Of a DNA stretch of 47,262 bases, positions 1-9,997 are shown piece after piece; the stretch's first letter is position 1; the number at the start of each line of letters is the position of its first letter. The notes under the pieces are model-generated. The model did not search any database. It was not told the DNA's origin and was given only the letters and a program-made list of their open reading frames with translations. A program made the translations under genes and the position numbers. This stretch comes from an uncultured Gammaproteobacteria bacterium (GTDB lineage Bacteria; Pseudomonadota; Gammaproteobacteria; CAWJPQ01), in NCBI GenBank assembly GCA_964463055.1, contig CAYXAX010000002.1, positions 1 to 47,262 on the forward strand, written 5' to 3'.

Positions 1-2
1 AG

Positions 3-275
3 GGTCCCACCAGCATGTCGTTTCACACCGCCTGGGCCATGCTCGCCCTGATGGCCGCGGACGATGTGAGTTCGCCGGAGCTGTACAAGGGCGCCCAGTA
101 CCTGCTGCGCAATCAAGGGCACGACGGCACCTGGGGCGAATCCTGGTACAACGCCCCCGGTTTTCCGCGCGTCTTTTATCTCAAGTACCATGGTTACAGC
201 ACGTATTTCTCGCTATGGGCGCTGGCGCGCTACCGCAATCTGCTGCGCCTAGATCAAATGCCTGTTGACGAGTGA
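3..275 (+). CDS. shc: squalene-hopene cyclase, C-terminal fragment (5' end outside the window)
   Basis: Track ORF 15..275 stays open to the window edge, in frame from nt 3. The tail HTAWAMLALMAA...GTWGESWYNAPGFPRVFYLKYHGYSTYFSLWALARYRN looks like the last QW-type repeat and C-terminus of squalene-hopene cyclases. An hpnG-like gene follows, as in hopanoid clusters. Confidence 0.8.
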   Translation, partial: GPTSMSFHTAWAMLALMAADDVSSPELYKGAQYLLRNQGHDGTWGESWYNAPGFPRVFYLKYHGYSTYFSLWALARYRNLLRLDQMPVDE

Positions 276-391
276 CAGGTAAACAAGAAAAAAGACTGGT
301 GCGAGCCGCGGGGAGGGGATTCGTGCACTTCAATATGCATCTCTTGCGCATTATTACGCACCGCCGCTTTCAGCACCGTTCCCTTTGAATC

Positions 392-1147
392 ATGACAGCC
401 GCCGAGCGACACGGTGATGCGGCTGGATTCACTCTCGGCATCGCCGTCGCACTGCCTCAAGAGGCGCGGGCGATCGCGCGCCACTGCGCCGCGTATATGC
501 ACGCCCCGCGCGGAGAGGACGGTGTATTGCTGGAGATCACTGGTGTCGGTGGCGAACGGGCGGCCGCAGGTGCGCGACGCCTCGTCGCCGCAGGTGCAGA
601 CGCCTTGCTGAGCTGGGGTACCGCTGCCGGGCTGCAGCCGGGGTTCAGTCCCGGTGCACTCCTGGTCCCGGAGTCCGTCATCGCGCTGGACGGCGAGGCC
701 CTCGATACGGACACGGCCTGGCACCTGCGCATCCGTAAAAGACTCGCCGAGCGCCTTGATGTGGTGGTTCAGCCCATCGCGGAGAGTGCATCCGTGCTGC
801 GAACGCCCGCCGATAAACAGACTATGTCCGCCGCCACCGGCGCAGTGGCGGCGGACATGGAAAGTGCCGCGCTGGCCCGCGCCGCGCGCCAGGCCGGCAT
901 CCCATTCCTGGTCATCCGCGCCATCGCCGACCCGGCTTCCGGCACGATACCCGACAGCGTCAGCGCCGCCATCGGCGGTGCCGGTGAGGTCCGCATTGCC
1001 AAGCTGCTGGGGTCCCTGCTCATGCGCCCGCGCCAATGGCCGCAGCTCATTCAACTGTCGCGCTGGTTCGGCGCCGCTCAGGACACCTTGATGCAAGCGG
1101 CCAAACGCGCCGGTCCGTTCATGCTGGCCAATGTGGATGAGGGTTAA
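392..1147 (+). CDS. hpnG: hopanoid-associated phosphorylase / nucleosidase (PNP-MTAN fold)
   Basis: 251-aa ORF. PNP/MTA-nucleosidase-like segments are present (ITGVGGERAAAGARRL; ADMESAALARAARQAGIPFLVIRAIADPA). It sits directly downstream of shc. Confidence 0.75.
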   Translation: MTAAERHGDAAGFTLGIAVALPQEARAIARHCAAYMHAPRGEDGVLLEITGVGGERAAAGARRLVAAGADALLSWGTAAGLQPGFSPGALLVPESVIALDGEALDTDTAWHLRIRKRLAERLDVVVQPIAESASVLRTPADKQTMSAATGAVAADMESAALARAARQAGIPFLVIRAIADPASGTIPDSVSAAIGGAGEVRIAKLLGSLLMRPRQWPQLIQLSRWFGAAQDTLMQAAKRAGPFMLANVDEG

Positions 1148-1473
1148 AGTGTTTCCTGCCGCGGGTTTACCCTGTCCGCGCATTGGGTAGCTCTGTCATT
1201 GATAGTCACATCACGATCGCCCGCCTGTTAGGCATGTGGCATGCCTGCGCCGGGGTTGGGTCGCAGTCACGAGGTATGACAAACCACCCTTAACATCCAA
1301 GGCGGCCAATCCGTGTTCAGATCAAGATTATTGTATTTGGGTCGATTTAAATGAAAACTATTATATGGATCAGAGAGAACCTACCCTGTTTACCAGGGAA
1401 GGCGGAATATAAGAGTTTTTGATAAGCGCAAGGAAGGAGTTGAATCAAAATCATAATCCCAAGTTTATATCTG

Positions 1474-3831
1474 TTGGCGGGAATTGTTGCGTATGGAATG
1501 ATTCAGCACTGGCTCTTTGCTGAAAAATCGCCCCATCGTTCGAGTTATTTATTATTTTCGGGCATGTGCCTGTCAATAATATTGTTTGCGATTTTTGGCG
1601 CGAAAATCCTGCACTCGGTAAATGACGCCGAATTCATCCAGGCACTTCGAACGAATGTCGCCGCCGGGCTGTTGCTGGTTGCTTTATTTCAATGGTTTAT
1701 CGCCGAATACACAGGCAAAAGATCAGTGCCGGTATTGGCGGCGGTGACGCTGTATATCGCCGCGTTGTTTTTGGTGAATCTGATAGAGCCCTATACTCTG
1801 CAATATGACCACTTCGGCGGGATTTATAAACTTCGATTGCCATGGGGGGAGGTTATCACGCGCGGGAAAGGCCATAACGGCGTTTGGGCATACATCACGA
1901 TCGCAACGGTTTTTTGTATTTTCGTATACGCGATTTATGCCCTGATCGACCTATACCGCCGTACCGGCCGGCGCGCGGCAGCGTGGATGCTGTTTGCCAC
2001 CGGCTTGTTTTTCATATGCGGCATCGAAGGCATACTGGTACGGCTTTCTGTTATCCATTTCGTCGCATTAGGGTCTTACGGGTTTCTCATGATGCTCGCC
2101 GTGATGGGGATGACGCTGACCCGCGAAATGCAGCAACAGCTCCGCACCTCCGAGGAAAACTTCCGTTCCATCCTGCGCAATGCCAGTGACGGCATTCATA
2201 TCATCGACAGGGACGGGAACGTGGTCGAGGCCAGCAACGCGTTCTGCGATATGCTGGGCTATAGCCGTGATGAGGTGCTCGGCATGAACGCGTCGCAGTG
2301 GGACGCGCAGTCCGCTGACAAGGATTTGGGAGGGGAGATCAGAACACAGCTGTCGCGGTCGGTTCGTTCGCAGTTCGAGGCCCGTCACCGACGTAAAGAC
2401 GGGTCTGAGTTCGATGTGGAGGTCAGCGGATTGCCGCTTATGCTCGGCGGCAGGCAGGTGATGTTCAATTCATCGCGCGACATAACTGAACGAAAGGCTA
2501 ATCAGAAAAGGATACAACATTTGGCCTACTATGATCAGCTTACCGACTTGCCCAATCGACGGCTCCTTGATGACAGGCTCAATCAAGCCTTGTCATCCAG
2601 CGCGCGCATCGGTCGCTATGGGGGGTTGCTGCTGATCGACTTGGATAACTTTAAAACCATAAATGACTCCGTTGGCCATCTTTCTGGCGACATGATGCTG
2701 AAGCAGATCGCCGGTCGCCTGTCTGGCATTGTTCGAAAGAGCGATACCGTGGCCCGTCTTGGAGGCGATGAATTCGTCGTCTTGCTGAGAGATTTAAGCG
2801 AAACTGAAAAAGACGCTGCATTTCAAGCGAGGGTGGTCGGGGAGAAGGTTCTTCAGGTGCTCTGCCAGCCCTATCTGCTGGGCATGAGGGAGTTTCGCTC
2901 CAGCTGCAGTATCGGAATTACAATGTTCAAGGGCAATCACCTGTCAACCGAGGACTTGATCAAGCAGTCCGATATCGCCATGTATCAGGCCAAGAACAGC
3001 GGCCGTAATAACCTGCGCTTCTTCGATCCGGAAATGCAGGCTGATATCAACAGCCGCGCGTCTCTTGAGGGTGATTTGCATCTGGCGCTTCAAGACCAGC
3101 AGTTCGCTTTATATTATCAGATCCAGGTCGATAGCTCGTCACGCCCAATCGGGGCGGAGGCCTTGATTCGCTGGATACACCCCAGGCGCGGCCTCGTCTC
3201 GCCCGCACAATTTATCCCGTTGGCGGAAGAAACGGGGTTGATCATATCCATTGGACAATGGGTTTTGGAAGCGGCATGCGCGCAGCTTAAGCTGTGGCGT
3301 CAAGATCCACTCGCCCGAGATCTCACGCTTGCGGTAAATGTCAGTTCAAAGCAATTCCGCAAGGCGGGTTTCGTAGAGCAAGTGCGGTCTTGCATACAGC
3401 GCCACGGCATCAACCCTGAGCTCCTGAAGCTTGAGCTCACTGAGAGCATGCTGTTGGATGATATTGAAGACACCATTTCAACCATGAATGCCCTGAAGTC
3501 GATGGGCGTAAACTTTTCATTGGATGATTTCGGCACGGGTTATTCATCGCTGCAGTATCTCAAGCGCCTGCCGCTCGACCAGCTGAAAATCGACCAATCT
3601 TTTGTGCGTGATATCGCCGTTGACAGCAGTGATAATGCGATAGTTCGCACCATTATGGCGATAGCTAAAAGTCTTAATCTCAGCGTTATTGCCGAAGGGG
3701 TGGAGACGGAAACGCAACGGAACCTGCTCTCAGAGATCGGATGCAGGCATTTCCAGGGCTATTTCTTTGCCAAGCCGGTGCCCGCTCATGAACTGGGTGA
3801 GCTGTTCCGGCGAAGAACCGTCCCCGCCTGA
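1474..3831 (+). CDS. membrane sensor, 7TM-PAS-GGDEF-EAL (c-di-GMP synthase/phosphodiesterase)
   Basis: 785 aa with about seven N-terminal hydrophobic helices and a PAS domain (SEENFRSILRNASDGIHIID). The GGDEF motif is intact (ARLGGDEFVV) and has an RxxD I-site (RKSD). EAL motifs are EALIRW, DDFGTGYSSL, KIDQSF, EGVET and QGYFFAKP. The start is TTG 1474; ATG 1498 is an alternative. Confidence 0.9.
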   Translation: MAGIVAYGMIQHWLFAEKSPHRSSYLLFSGMCLSIILFAIFGAKILHSVNDAEFIQALRTNVAAGLLLVALFQWFIAEYTGKRSVPVLAAVTLYIAALFLVNLIEPYTLQYDHFGGIYKLRLPWGEVITRGKGHNGVWAYITIATVFCIFVYAIYALIDLYRRTGRRAAAWMLFATGLFFICGIEGILVRLSVIHFVALGSYGFLMMLAVMGMTLTREMQQQLRTSEENFRSILRNASDGIHIIDRDGNVVEASNAFCDMLGYSRDEVLGMNASQWDAQSADKDLGGEIRTQLSRSVRSQFEARHRRKDGSEFDVEVSGLPLMLGGRQVMFNSSRDITERKANQKRIQHLAYYDQLTDLPNRRLLDDRLNQALSSSARIGRYGGLLLIDLDNFKTINDSVGHLSGDMMLKQIAGRLSGIVRKSDTVARLGGDEFVVLLRDLSETEKDAAFQARVVGEKVLQVLCQPYLLGMREFRSSCSIGITMFKGNHLSTEDLIKQSDIAMYQAKNSGRNNLRFFDPEMQADINSRASLEGDLHLALQDQQFALYYQIQVDSSSRPIGAEALIRWIHPRRGLVSPAQFIPLAEETGLIISIGQWVLEAACAQLKLWRQDPLARDLTLAVNVSSKQFRKAGFVEQVRSCIQRHGINPELLKLELTESMLLDDIEDTISTMNALKSMGVNFSLDDFGTGYSSLQYLKRLPLDQLKIDQSFVRDIAVDSSDNAIVRTIMAIAKSLNLSVIAEGVETETQRNLLSEIGCRHFQGYFFAKPVPAHELGELFRRRTVPA

Positions 3832-4014
3832 ATCCTGGGTAATCGGCCATGGTTTTCGACACCTCGGGTCCTGTAAAGCTGCCCGCGTGTCCCGCGGACA
3901 GGCCGGCTGCGCCGGGGTCTCAAGTCGTGGAAGACTGATAAAATGCCGTGTGCGGCAGCGGTCGTCAGGGCATTCTTCTGGGTAACTTGCAACGCGTTAC
4001 ACAACTAATACTGG

Positions 4015-5406
4015 CTATAAGTCGTATTCCTGGTGTAACGCCGGCATCTCGACTTCAGTCCCCTTCAGCAGCCCGGCGAAGTGTCGCATGGCGTCTTCCT
4101 CGCCGTGGACCAGATATGTCTTTTTCACTCCGCTGATGCGGTTGTGCCAGGCGAGCAGTTCCGCCTGGTCGGCATGGGCCGAGAAACCGTTGATGGTATG
4201 GACGTGGGCCTTGACGGTGAACTCCTCGCCGAAGATGCGCACCTGGCGGGCTCCGTCGATGATGGTGCGGGCCAGTGTGCCGATGGCCGCGAAGCCGACG
4301 AAGATAATGCTGGAGTCCCTGCGCCACAGGTTGTGCTTGAGGTGGTGGCGCACCCGCCCGCCGGTGCACATGCCGGAACCGGCCATGATCACGGCGCCGC
4401 CGCTGATGCGGTTGATAGCCATGGATTCGGAGGTTTCGCGGGTCATATGAAGGCCCGGCAGGTCGAACGGATCGATGTTGTTCCGGAACTGCCTGGCGAC
4501 CTCCGGGTCGTAGCACTCGGGGTGGCGGTCGAAAATCTCCGTGGCCGAGATGGCCATGGGTGAGTCGAGAAACACCTGCATGGAGGCGGGCAGGCGGTTG
4601 TCCTCGATACCCTGGCGCAGGTAATACAAAACCTCCTGGGCGCGCTCCAGGGCGAAGGTGGGGATGATGACGTTACCGCCGCGCTTGAAGGTGTCGTTGA
4701 TGGCTGTATACATTTCTTCCACCGATGGCGCGATAGCCTTGTGCCGCCGGTTACCGTAGGTAGTCTCCATGATCACCACGTCGGCATGGGGCGGTGTGAC
4801 AGGATCGCGCAACAGCGGTCGCCCGGCGTTGCCCAGGTCTCCGGAGAACACCAGCGACCGCCGCTGGCCGTTTTCCTCCAGTTCCAGGAAGATGCTTGCC
4901 GACCCGAGGATGTGGCCCGCGTCCAAAAAGGTGGCGCGCACGCCCGTGACAAGGTCAACGGGTTTGCCGTAGACGGCGGTGCGCCCGAACTGCTCCAGGC
5001 AGTTCAGCGCGTCCAGCGTCGAGTAAAGCGGCACGGTGTGTTGTGCCTTTTTGTTGCGCCGCGCGGCCTTTCGCGCCTGATAGCGCGCCTCTTCCTCCTG
5101 CAGCCCGGCCGCGTCCAGCATCACGACGCGCGCCAGTTCCCGGGAGGCGGCGGTAGTGATGATCTCGCCGCGAAAGCCGCGCTTGACCAGCAGCGGCAGG
5201 CGCCCGCAGTGATCCAGGTGGGCGTGGGTGAGCAAAACGATATCGATGTCAGCCGGTTCGAAACCGAACGGCTCGGCGTTTTCCTCGTCCAGCTCGCGGC
5301 CGCCCTGGTACATGCCGCAGTCGATGAGGATGCGCTTGCCCGCGCAGTGAATCATATGGCATGACCCCGTCACGCCCTGGTCGGCGCCGTGAAAAGATAT
5401 TTTCAT
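4015..5406 (-). CDS. MBL-fold beta-CASP ribonuclease (RNase J / CPSF73-like)
   Basis: Track ORF 4015..5496 trimmed to ATG 5406 (MKISFHGADQGVTGSCH), which has AGGAG 5 nt upstream. It carries the metallo-beta-lactamase motif THAHLDHCG and a long beta-CASP/RNA-specificity C-terminal region. Confidence 0.85.
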   Translation of the reverse strand: MKISFHGADQGVTGSCHMIHCAGKRILIDCGMYQGGRELDEENAEPFGFEPADIDIVLLTHAHLDHCGRLPLLVKRGFRGEIITTAASRELARVVMLDAAGLQEEEARYQARKAARRNKKAQHTVPLYSTLDALNCLEQFGRTAVYGKPVDLVTGVRATFLDAGHILGSASIFLELEENGQRRSLVFSGDLGNAGRPLLRDPVTPPHADVVIMETTYGNRRHKAIAPSVEEMYTAINDTFKRGGNVIIPTFALERAQEVLYYLRQGIEDNRLPASMQVFLDSPMAISATEIFDRHPECYDPEVARQFRNNIDPFDLPGLHMTRETSESMAINRISGGAVIMAGSGMCTGGRVRHHLKHNLWRRDSSIIFVGFAAIGTLARTIIDGARQVRIFGEEFTVKAHVHTINGFSAHADQAELLAWHNRISGVKKTYLVHGEEDAMRHFAGLLKGTEVEMPALHQEYDL

Positions 5407-5416
5407 TGTCTCTCCT

Positions 5417-6388
5417 TCAGTCCGGATACAGCGCCGAGCCGTTGACCTTGTGCCAGTGCAGGATGCCGTCCCAGACCTCCCGAGGTTCCTCGGCAAACCA
5501 GAACAGCTCCCTGTCCTCCGGGTCGATGACCCCTTCGTCTACCATGAAGTCCACGTTGACCGCCCGCCGCCAGTAGGCCTCGCCCACCAGTACCACGGGT
5601 ACCGGCTTGATGGTGCGGGTCTGGATGAGGGTCAGGGTCTCGAACAGCTCGTCGAAGGTGCCGTAACCGCCGGGAAAGGCCACCAGGGCCTTGGCGCGCA
5701 TGAGAAAGTGCAGCTTGCGCAGTGCAAAGTAGTGAAAACGCACGCACAGCTCGGGGGTCACGTAGGGATTCGGGTATTGCTCGTGGGGCAGGCTGATGTT
5801 GAGGCCGATGGATTTGGCTCCGATGTCGTGGCTGCCGCGGTTGGCCGCCTCCATGATACCCGGGCCGCCGCCGGTCATGACCACCACCCGCGAGTCCTGG
5901 GGCCCGCCGCCGGCATCACCCACGATGCGCCCGAACTCGCGGGCCGCCTCGTAATAGCGGCTCTTGTCCAGCAGCCGTTCGGCCACGGCCAGGCGCGCCT
6001 CGATGTCCACGTTGCCGGGATTTTCCGCCAGCGCTGCACGCAGCTGCTCCGTCTTACGGCGCGCGGCGGCGGGTTCGGGGATACGGGTGCTGCCGAACAC
6101 CACGATGGTGTGTTCCACGCTGTGCCCTTCCAGCAGGTATTCCGGCTTGAGGTAGTCCAGCTGCAGGCGCAGTCCGCGGGTATCGTCCCGGTGGAGAAAG
6201 TCCACATCGCGATCCGCCTCGCGGTAACCGGGACTGGACATAATTGCCTCGATGCGGCGGCGCGCCTCCGGTTCATCCTCCTCCGCCTTGGGGATCTGCC
6301 ACGGCAGGGGTTCACGGCGGCGGTGGGGGTGCGCAGGGTGCGGAATGCGCAAATCGTCGGGGTTCGGAGTGGTACCGTTCTTCTTCAT
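5417..6388 (-). CDS. LOG / TIGR00730-family nucleotide phosphoribohydrolase
   Basis: 323 aa with the motifs GGGPGIMEAANRG and PGGYGTFDELFE. Its stop lies 10 nt before the beta-CASP start. Confidence 0.85.
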   Translation of the reverse strand: MKKNGTTPNPDDLRIPHPAHPHRRREPLPWQIPKAEEDEPEARRRIEAIMSSPGYREADRDVDFLHRDDTRGLRLQLDYLKPEYLLEGHSVEHTIVVFGSTRIPEPAAARRKTEQLRAALAENPGNVDIEARLAVAERLLDKSRYYEAAREFGRIVGDAGGGPQDSRVVVMTGGGPGIMEAANRGSHDIGAKSIGLNISLPHEQYPNPYVTPELCVRFHYFALRKLHFLMRAKALVAFPGGYGTFDELFETLTLIQTRTIKPVPVVLVGEAYWRRAVNVDFMVDEGVIDPEDRELFWFAEEPREVWDGILHWHKVNGSALYPD

Positions 6389-6485
6389 GAAAAAATGTAA
6401 TCACAGGCCCGGTGCAAATGCAACTCGCGGCGCCGCCGGATGACGGGCGGGCGGTACGTCACTGTCCTGCCCGCCACATTACCTC

Positions 6486-9260
6486 TCACTTCGGTTCCGG
6501 ACCCTGGGTGACCTGCACGAATCCGTCCGGGCGTATCTTTTTGGCGAACGCCGCCTTGACGTCCTTGGCCGTGAGATTGATGAAAATCTTCGCCGCCCGG
6601 ATGGGTTCGTCCAGCGGCAGATCCAGGTCGGCGCGTGACAGCAGGCCGGCCGCGATGCCGCTGGTGCTGGATTCGGATAACGGGATCTTGCGCAACATCA
6701 GCGCCTTTGCCCGGGTCAGTTCTTCCTCGGTCACCGGCTCCGTCTGCATTTGCTTCAGGTCGCGCTCGACGATGCTGCGCGCCTTGGAGACATTGGGTGG
6801 GTCGCAGGCGTAGCTCACCATATACACGCCACGTGTCTGACCGACATTGAACGTGGATGAGACGAAGTACACCAGGCCGGTGTTCTTGCGCAGGTCACGA
6901 TACAAACGCGAGGCATAGAACGCGCCTCCCAGGACGTGGTTGCCCAGCTCCAGGGCGTAAAAATCCGGGTCGGTCACGGTCACGTCCACGGTCTGGCCGA
7001 GCATGACGTTGTCCTGCACCCGACTGCTGTCTGGCACCACGGTGCTTGACGCCTTGTTGCGCGGCACTTTGGGGAACAGCGTGTCGGGTTTCGGGCCCTT
7101 GGCCTGCCACTTGCCGAAGTAGCGGCTGATCACGTCCTTGGCCTTCTCCGGTGTCACATCGCCGATCACCACGATGGTGGTCATGTCCGGGCGAAACACT
7201 TTGTGGTAGTAAGCCTTTACCTTGCTGAGGGTCACCGACGAAATGGAACGTGGCGTGGAGTAGCGCAGCGCCGGGTCGTTCTTGGGAAACAGGCCCTTGT
7301 GCAGCGCGCGTCCGGCCAGGAAACCTGGGCTCTTCAGTCTGCCCCTGGCCGTGTCGGCAAGCTGTTTGCGCGTCACCATGAATGCCTTCTTCGGCAGGGC
7401 CGGGTGCAGTTCGTTGTCGGCGAGCAGTTCGACGCCGCGCTCGAAGTGATCACTCAATGTCTCCACGTAAAAGTCTGTGCCCGACGATTGATCGGCGGCG
7501 ATATCGTCCAGCGCCTTGCGGAATGCAAGCCGGTCCAGGGAGGCGGTGCCGTAGGAGAACAGGCTGTCAAGGATACCGGACACACCGTCCTCCCCTTTGG
7601 GAGTTTGTATGCCCGCATTGGTCTTGATAGTGCCGTATACGCCGATGGTAGCGCTCACCGTCTCCGGCTGCACAATGAGCTTGATGCCATTGGGCAGGAC
7701 GGATACCACCGGATTGACGGTGGATTTCGGGACGGTCAGGCGGTTGAGCGACTTTTGCGCCCATGCCGGCAGTTTGACCTCCTTGGTTTGCGATCCGCCG
7801 AAAGTCTCTTTGCCGCCGAAGCTTTTGGAGGATGTGGGTTTACCCGACGGTTCGGGCGTAAGGACGGCGGTGATTGCATGATCCATGTTCAGATACTTAC
7901 GGGCCACCCGGTTGACGTCCTTCACGGTCACCGCTTTTATGGCGTCGATCTCATCCTGGGGGGAGTTCAGGCCCATGGCCGCCACGGCATCGGACCATGA
8001 TGAGGCCAGGCCCGAGACGGAGTTTCTTTCAAACTCGGCGCTGGCCAGTTCGCGCCGCTTGGCGGCCTCCACCAGCTCCGGCGGCAGGCCCTGCTTGAGT
8101 TGCTTCTCTAATACTGACTTCAGCTCTTTCAGTAGGGCCTCGTGGTTTGCCCCTGCGGGAAAGGCGGCAGCGACCGCCCCGAGGCCGGTATCGGCGAACG
8201 GGTGCAGGTCGAAGCCTGCGAACAGCGCCTTGCCCTGGGGTACCAAGTCATAAAGGTCGCCGCGCTGACTGCTCAGCACGTCCGAGAGGACCTCGGAGGC
8301 CGCATAATCGGGACTGCTGAAGCCGGGCATGCGGAAGGACATCATCACCAGGCCGTAGGGCAGGTCGGTGGTGGACTTCAGCGTAGCGGACTTGACCGGC
8401 TTTAGAGAGATTTTGTCCCGTTCGGGAAGTTTTTTCGACGGGATGTGCTCAAACAGCTTCTTTACTTTCTTCAAAGTCTGCTGGGGTTGTACATCTCCGG
8501 CGATCACCAGAATGGCATTGTTGGGGACATACCACGTGTCATAGAACGCCTTAAGCATTTTGCCGGTGGTCTTTTGGAACGAGGGCCGCGTGCCCAATGC
8601 GTCGTTGGCATAGGGCGTGTCTTTGAACAAGGCCTTGAGCAGCTTGGTGTAGATGACATATTGCGGATTCGACAGGTCCTGGGCGACTTCCTGCTCGATG
8701 GCGCCGCGCTCGTCCTTCCACAGCTTCTCCGTATCCAGGACGCCGCTCATACGGATGGATTCGATGTGCAGGGCCGCGTCCAGATCCTCGGCGGGTACCG
8801 TGAAGTAATACTGCGTCAGGGTCTGCTGGGTGGATGCATCGAACTGTCCCCCCATGGCGGCGGAGATGTTGACCAGCTGTTCCGCCGACAGACCGGGGCT
8901 GCCGCGGAACATCATGTGTTCCTGCGCGTGAGCCATGCCGGGAAATCCGGCCGGCGCGTCATTGGATCCGGTGAGGTAATTTACTTGCGTCGTTACCACC
9001 GGCGCCAGCGGATTGCGGATGATCACCACCTGCAGGCCGTTCTTCAGTGTGGCGCGCAGAACCGACCCGTCGACGTCCGCGGCGCCGCCGGCCGTCGCGG
9101 CCTGCGCCCACAGCATCGCGGCGCCGATGGATATGGCCAGCCAGTATTGCATGCGCCCGGTGAAACAGCGTCGTGGTGATTCGATTGATTGATGGCGAAG
9201 GGTGGATGTGGCGGGAGTGTTTGTGTTGCTATGATTGGTCAGGTTCATGATGCCTTTCAT
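6486..9260 (-). CDS. secreted M16 (insulinase/pitrilysin) family zinc peptidase, two tandem M16 modules
   Basis: 924 aa with the HxxEH zinc motif (HAQEHMMF) in the first module. The second half repeats the M16 fold pattern. The alternative ATG at 9152 gives a signal-like N-terminus, MQYWLAISIGAAMLWAQAATA. Confidence 0.85.
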   Translation of the reverse strand: MKGIMNLTNHSNTNTPATSTLRHQSIESPRRCFTGRMQYWLAISIGAAMLWAQAATAGGAADVDGSVLRATLKNGLQVVIIRNPLAPVVTTQVNYLTGSNDAPAGFPGMAHAQEHMMFRGSPGLSAEQLVNISAAMGGQFDASTQQTLTQYYFTVPAEDLDAALHIESIRMSGVLDTEKLWKDERGAIEQEVAQDLSNPQYVIYTKLLKALFKDTPYANDALGTRPSFQKTTGKMLKAFYDTWYVPNNAILVIAGDVQPQQTLKKVKKLFEHIPSKKLPERDKISLKPVKSATLKSTTDLPYGLVMMSFRMPGFSSPDYAASEVLSDVLSSQRGDLYDLVPQGKALFAGFDLHPFADTGLGAVAAAFPAGANHEALLKELKSVLEKQLKQGLPPELVEAAKRRELASAEFERNSVSGLASSWSDAVAAMGLNSPQDEIDAIKAVTVKDVNRVARKYLNMDHAITAVLTPEPSGKPTSSKSFGGKETFGGSQTKEVKLPAWAQKSLNRLTVPKSTVNPVVSVLPNGIKLIVQPETVSATIGVYGTIKTNAGIQTPKGEDGVSGILDSLFSYGTASLDRLAFRKALDDIAADQSSGTDFYVETLSDHFERGVELLADNELHPALPKKAFMVTRKQLADTARGRLKSPGFLAGRALHKGLFPKNDPALRYSTPRSISSVTLSKVKAYYHKVFRPDMTTIVVIGDVTPEKAKDVISRYFGKWQAKGPKPDTLFPKVPRNKASSTVVPDSSRVQDNVMLGQTVDVTVTDPDFYALELGNHVLGGAFYASRLYRDLRKNTGLVYFVSSTFNVGQTRGVYMVSYACDPPNVSKARSIVERDLKQMQTEPVTEEELTRAKALMLRKIPLSESSTSGIAAGLLSRADLDLPLDEPIRAAKIFINLTAKDVKAAFAKKIRPDGFVQVTQGPEPK

Positions 9261-9586
9261 TCACGTTTGCTTGAAAAGTTTTCCCCGCGGACGTGGGCCG
9301 GCGAGGCCATGGTATCGACCCTGATTTAAGGCCGATATATTTTTACGGAACAACAACGTCGCCGGTTCCGTGATCATGCGGCAAACGTGACGGTCATGAA
9401 TTCCGCAGTTCGCCTTTATATGCATGGAACGGGCCTAAAGCCGGCGTCCCGGCGATTTATTCACTATAAAAAATGAAAATGATATCACGTTCGGGGATTG
9501 CCGCGCGTATGGACGGGCGGCAGGGGGGGATTCAAGGGAAAAATACAATACGGCAACATGACACATTGCGTCAGCACTGAGCAAAG

Positions 9587-9616
9587 CCCTGTACCGGTGT
9601 TAACACCGGTACAGGG
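9587..9616 (-). terminator. perfect 30-nt palindromic hairpin downstream of the PG-binding gene
   Basis: CCCTGTACCGGTGTTAACACCGGTACAGGG lies about 25 nt past the stop at 9641. There is no clear U-tract, so a terminator role is tentative. Confidence 0.4.
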
Positions 9617-9640
9617 TACAGGATTCGGCCAAATAAGACC

Positions 9641-9997
9641 TTAGGACTTCAGGCCCAGGGCCTCGCGCGTCTTTTTATCCGCGTGGCCGGTTGCCTTCAA
9701 GCCATGGGTTGATTGATAGGCCTTCAGGGCCTCACGGGTCAGCTTGCCCATGTGGCCGTCGACGGACAGTTTCGCGCCGTCCTTGTTGAGGGCCTCCTGG
9801 ATCGCCTTGACTTCGGTGGAGCCAGCGCTCTTGTGCTTCATGGCATGCATGGGCTTCATGGGCGCGGCCGCTGGAGCGGAGGCCTGTGGCGCGGCAGCCG
9901 GGGTTTCCTCAGCCATTACCGAATTCATTACGACAACACCAAACACCATCGCGGCTCCTGCCGCGACAATCTTGCGGGAACTTCCGTTCATAACCAT
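9641..9997 (-). CDS. secreted peptidoglycan-binding (PG_binding_1) domain protein
   Basis: Track ORF trimmed to ATG 9997. ATG 9991 has better spacing to the GGAG and is an alternative. There is a signal-like N-terminus (KIVAAGAAMVFGVVVMNSVMA). The C-terminal segment VKAIQEALNKDGAKLSVDGHMGKLTREALKAYQSTHGLKATGHADKKTREAL fits the PG-binding repeat pattern. Confidence 0.7.
   Translation of the reverse strand: MVMNGSSRKIVAAGAAMVFGVVVMNSVMAEETPAAAPQASAPAAAPMKPMHAMKHKSAGSTEVKAIQEALNKDGAKLSVDGHMGKLTREALKAYQSTHGLKATGHADKKTREALGLKS

Noticed and set aside
9575-9620. GCAAAGCC followed by a strong hairpin resembles part of the GEMM-I c-di-GMP riboswitch.
   Set aside because: The upstream P1 element (GGCAAAC...GGGACGCAAAGCC) is missing. 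The motif is on the plus strand, where no downstream plus-strand gene exists. The hairpin is better explained as the terminator of the minus-strand PG-binding gene.
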